From Candidatus Hydrogenedentota bacterium (GTDB lineage: Bacteria; Hydrogenedentota; Hydrogenedentia; Hydrogenedentales; SLHB01): 64,000 nucleotides of DNA. Under the pieces are notes generated by a model. It searched no databases and was not told the origin of the DNA. It saw only the letters and a list, made by a program, of their open reading frames with translations. The stretch's first letter is position 1; every line of letters begins with the position of its first letter. Of this stretch, positions 60,455 through 64,000 are shown in pieces. The translations under genes and the position numbers were made by a program. The stretch lies in contig CAVUWV010000012.1 of NCBI GenBank assembly GCA_963745075.1, positions 96,001-160,000 of the forward strand, given 5' to 3'.

Positions 60455-60949
60455 ATGAAAACCAACCAACTGAATACGCGCAAAGCGTTGGAGCCACGGC
60501 AAACGCTGCAAAGCAGCGTGCACGATTCAATCAGTCGCGTGATTCTTTTTCACGAGGCCGCGCGCGACTTCTGGCAACGCTGGAAACCGAAGGTTAAAGA
60601 CGAGAAATCCAAAGTGTATCTTGAGCACTTAGCCCAGTTGGAAGCGCGACGCGCGGGGAGCCTGCAAGAATATGCATCGCAGGCGCCGCACGAAGTACTT
60701 ACGACGTGGTTGAAGGTCGGTCCGGACATTGAAGTGCACGACTGGCTTTCCGCCATCGAAATGGATGAACGCGTTACGACGCGTGACGTCAGCGAGATAG
60801 CGGGAAAGCTCTACGACCTGTTGCTCAAAGTCCTCGGCGCGCAATCGAATCAGACCGAGTCGGAAGACGTTGGCGAATTCTTGAAACATATACGTGATGA
60901 CGAACAGCGCGCGAAATTGTATGCAATTCGAAGCACGGAACTCGACTGA
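60455..60949 (+). CDS. Ferritin/rubrerythrin-like four-helix-bundle protein (degenerate ligands)
   Basis: AAGGAG RBS; helical pattern FHE..., LEHLA.LE..R, VL.TW, FL..I..DE. Confidence 0.55.
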   Translation: MKTNQLNTRKALEPRQTLQSSVHDSISRVILFHEAARDFWQRWKPKVKDEKSKVYLEHLAQLEARRAGSLQEYASQAPHEVLTTWLKVGPDIEVHDWLSAIEMDERVTTRDVSEIAGKLYDLLLKVLGAQSNQTESEDVGEFLKHIRDDEQRAKLYAIRSTELD

Positions 60950-61091
60950 TTGAGGGGGGGTGCGGCCCCGACTGGACCCGGCGAATCGTTCTTATGTAGC
61001 GGTGTAAAGTAACTACACGTTTCGTGCGCATTTGTTACGCCGCGCGAGCGGAAGCCCCCACAATTTCCCATACCAGTTAGACCTTTCCTAA

Positions 61092-61108
61092 CGGGCATGG
61101 CATTTGCA
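61092..61108 (+). promoter_or_regulatory. Possible sigma54 promoter for the PCD-ferritin-encapsulin genes
   Basis: CGGGCATGGCATTTGCA: GG-N10-GC with a perfect TTGCA; the -24 element is imperfect. Confidence 0.45.
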
Positions 61109-61188
61109 CTTTATTCAATTGACTGGTCAACGCATTCGCGCGCGCTACGCGGGAGATTGGGCGCAACAATTTAGAAGGAGTATGGAAG

Positions 61189-61536
61189 ATGACTACCTTA
61201 ACAAGCGAGCGGTGCTCGACAGAAATTAACCAGGATGCCCGGCTGGATCCCCACGACATTCGCAAACTTGAGGCAGAACTTCCTGCCGGCTGGGATATCG
61301 TTGAGAATCATCACTTGTCTACCAGCTTTTCGTTCGACGATTTTCAATCGGCCCTCCGGTTTGTGGACAAGATCGGCGCCATCGCCGAGGAAGAAAAGCA
61401 CCATCCCGATATCGGTCTGTCCTACGGCAAGGTCAACGTCACTATCCTGACGCATAAGGTCGGCGGACTGACCCGAAACGATTTCATCCTCGCCGCGAAG
61501 ATAGCGTCCGCAGCGCCGAAGGGTTCGTCTGGTTAA
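61189..61536 (+). CDS. phhB: Pterin-4a-carbinolamine dehydratase family protein
   Basis: F.DF..AL.F...I..AE...HHPDI, THKVGGLT.NDFILAAKI motifs. Confidence 0.92.
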   Translation: MTTLTSERCSTEINQDARLDPHDIRKLEAELPAGWDIVENHHLSTSFSFDDFQSALRFVDKIGAIAEEEKHHPDIGLSYGKVNVTILTHKVGGLTRNDFILAAKIASAAPKGSSG

Positions 61537-61630
61537 TCCTGGAGAGATACGGAAACCCACACGCTGCAAGCCGAGAGGCGCAACACGCGCCCAGGTTGGA
61601 ACCATGCTTTCAGACAGGAGAAACGTCGTA

Positions 61631-62014
61631 ATGGCACTAGAATACCACGAACCGCCCGACCAACTTAGAGCCGAAACGCGGGAAATCCATCGAGGTCTCG
61701 CGTCGCTGATCGAAGAACTGGAGGCCATTGACTGGTATCAACACCGGATCGACGTGACCGGTGACGAGGAGATGCGATCGATTCTCACGCACAACCGGAA
61801 CGAAGAGATGGAGCATGCCGCAATGGCGTTGGAGTGGCTGCGCCGGAAGATGCCGGAATTGGATGGATGGCTCAGGTCTTATCTCTTTACAGAAGGCGCA
61901 ATCGTAGGAAGCGGAGAGGCCGACGGCGCCGAGGAGAAAAGCGAATCGTCCAAGAGCGCTAACCCCGTCTTGGGTTCCCTTGGTGTGGGGAATGCCCATC
62001 GATTTGGCGCATGA
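61631..62014 (+). CDS. Encapsulin-associated ferritin-like protein (EncFtn/Flp) with C-terminal targeting peptide
   Basis: SLIEELEAIDWY.HR, HNR.EE.EH..M.LEWLRR and YLFTEG motifs; tail GSLGVG. Confidence 0.93.
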   Translation: MALEYHEPPDQLRAETREIHRGLASLIEELEAIDWYQHRIDVTGDEEMRSILTHNRNEEMEHAAMALEWLRRKMPELDGWLRSYLFTEGAIVGSGEADGAEEKSESSKSANPVLGSLGVGNAHRFGA

Positions 62015-62085
62015 AACTCTAACAAAGACACACTCATGTTAAACGATGAAGCCGATTGGTTTATCGGAAAGGACTGAGTCACATC

Positions 62086-62902
62086 ATGACGGACCTGTTG
62101 AGAAGAGATTTTGCCCCCATCACGGACGAATCGTGGATCGAGATCGATGAAACCGCGCGCCGAGTCTTGAAGACCCACCTGTCCGCACGTAACTTCGTCG
62201 ATTTCCATGGCCCCAGCGGCTGGGAGACGGCCGCGGTCAACGTGGGGCGAATCGATTACGAGGATAAGAAGCCCGTCGAAGGCGTTCGATGGGGCCGCCG
62301 GCAAGTTCTTCCGCTTCTGGAAGTCCGTACGGCATTTACCTTGCGTCAACTTGAATTGGACAACATCAGCCGCGGTTGCCGCGACGCAGATCTCGAACCG
62401 TTGGAAACGGCAGCTATCGCGACGGCGAACTTCGAAGAACGCGCCATCTATGAGGGCTTTGCCAAAGGCGGGTGCCGAGGTATCAAGGAGAGTGCCACGT
62501 TGAAGCCGCTGCAATTGCCAAAGGAGTCTCGAGAAGTATCCCGCGGTGGTTGCCAGCGCCGTGGAACAACTGGGGCTTGTCGGGGTGGGTGGTCCCTACG
62601 TGTTGGTGCTGGACGCCGACCATTACCATGCGCTCGTGCAAAGCACCGAAACCGGCTACCCGATTCACCGCGTCATCCGCAATACCCTGGACGGTCCTAT
62701 CGTCTGGAGCGACGCCATCGCCGGCGGTTTGCTCGCGTCAGCGCGCGGCGGCGATTTTGAACTTACCGTGGGTCAGGATATCTCCATCGGATACGAGGCC
62801 CACACCAACACAGAAATCCAACTCTACTTCACAGAATCTTTCGCGTTCCGTACCTTGGAACCGAAGGCTGCCGTGCCGCTCGTAGCGGGGACACGGCAGT
62901 AA
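62086..62902 (+). CDS. Family 1 encapsulin shell protein (Linocin M18 type); apparent frameshift near 62528
   Basis: LLRR.FAPI...W.EID..A, GP.GW and ELD...RG in frame 1; GPY.L.L, RGGDFEL.VGQD.SIGY and LYFTESF in the next frame. Confidence 0.9.
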
Positions 62903-63003
62903 GGGACGGACGACTTCCAGGCAAACGAACCAGCCTTTGACGGAGACCTGCCGATCTGGTCGGGTTCATTGGAAGGTGCAAAACCACAGGAGGAACTGTC
63001 GAG

Positions 63004-63375
63004 ATGAAAGTAACCGACAACACCGTCTTATTCACGGACGCGATTAACGTGATGAACGAAGCTATTAAGCAAAACCAGGATCGGTTTCCGTACAAGCAAA
63101 TAATCGGCGCGACGGAAGGCGTTGCGGAAGGACGGAAGGTTGGAGTCGCCGTGTATGCGGACGATCCGGCCACCCCTTATGATTATTACACCGTCAGCTT
63201 CAAAAACGGTCAAATCGAGATTCTCAGTCACGGTAAGGAAGAACCGGAAATCGCGTGGAAGGTTCCGCGCGGCTACCTGGAGGAAGTGACGGAACATTCC
63301 GAACAGTATAAGCAACACCCTGCAAAACTGGACTGGGATTGGTTGCTCGCGCGCTTAGGTATCACGGGCCCGTGA
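63004..63375 (+). CDS. Hypothetical protein (possibly SCP2-like fold)
   Basis: AGGAGG RBS; 123 aa ending HPAKLDWDWLLARLG. Confidence 0.65.
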   Translation: MKVTDNTVLFTDAINVMNEAIKQNQDRFPYKQIIGATEGVAEGRKVGVAVYADDPATPYDYYTVSFKNGQIEILSHGKEEPEIAWKVPRGYLEEVTEHSEQYKQHPAKLDWDWLLARLGITGP

Positions 63376-63598
63376 CGCGTGTCGAGTCCTTTCTTCAATC
63401 CGCCTCACGAGGGGTGATTGACCCATAGATTCCGACCCTACACCGGTCGCGAGTGTGATATCGCGTGTGTAGCGCGAACATTCGCGGCCGTTCTTTTTTG
63501 TCCCTTTTCCTTCCATCTTGCGGCCTCATTTTGAGCCGGGACTCCGTCGTGGTATAAGAGGGGTTCTGTTCACAATTTGAAATGCAAAGGTGACTGAT

Positions 63599-64000
63599 AT
63601 GCGTAAAGTGTTCCCAGCCCGTCCCTGGCGCGCGTGCCTGATCACGCTAGTGTTGCTGCTTGCTTTTGCGCCGTTGGTGGCCGAAGCCGAGAAGCCAGCT
63701 TTTCTCCAGGACAAAATTCCCATGCGGGACGGGGCCTGGTCCAACGACGCCGATAAGTTCAGCTTTGCCATTCTGGGTGACAAAACGAGCGGGGGAGAGG
63801 GTAAGTGGCCGATCTACGATCGCGCCGTGGAATCTATCAACCTGCTCGACCCGGATTTCGTGATTACCGTCGGCGACATGATTCCCGGCCACATGGAAGA
63901 GCGCGCCAAGTGGGATGCGGAGTGGGCGGAATACAACGAACACGTGCAGCGTGTAGACGCTCCCGTGTTCTTTACGGTCGGCAATCATGACATTGCCAAC
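63599..64000 (+). CDS. Secreted calcineurin-like metallophosphoesterase, 5' part (runs off the window)
   Basis: Manual translation from ATG 63599: signal peptide, FAILGD, PDFVITVGD and GNHD motifs. Confidence 0.88.
   Translation, partial: MRKVFPARPWRACLITLVLLLAFAPLVAEAEKPAFLQDKIPMRDGAWSNDADKFSFAILGDKTSGGEGKWPIYDRAVESINLLDPDFVITVGDMIPGHMEERAKWDAEWAEYNEHVQRVDAPVFFTVGNHDIAN

Noticed and set aside
62520..62545. Programmed frameshift in the encapsulin gene
   Set aside because: No slippery heptamer or long homopolymer, and many similar indels elsewhere point to assembly error.

Overview
High-GC bacterial chromosomal window. The many Tat-exported Gfo/Idh/MocA, HEAT-DUF1080, FG-GAP and ELWxxDGT proteins suggest a Hydrogenedentota/Planctomycetota-like organism (inference). 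The most striking element (1-18.1 kb) is a three-gene signalling cassette present twice in different gene orders. It comprises a membrane Hanks-type Ser/Thr kinase with a shared unnamed extracytoplasmic domain, an FHA-sigma54 enhancer-binding protein and a secreted ELWxxDGT beta-propeller. Two outward-facing sigma54 (-24/-12) promoter matches bracket the block and point at an acyltransferase-like gene and a secreted tandem PQQ-propeller/PKD protein. The rest of the window holds: a caa3-oxidase plus Rieske/cytochrome b-c cluster; carbohydrate-oxidation genes; a repeat-flanked HEPN(LA2681)+FRG putative defence cassette next to a ThyA-fold gene; a Tat-signal DegT aminotransferase; a (CGTAAT)11 microsatellite; and a ferritin-cargo family 1 encapsulin locus with sigma54-like promoters. 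Several single-base frameshifts look like assembly errors. No tRNA, rRNA, CRISPR array or transposase was recognised. All assignments come from reading motifs by eye, without database searches.
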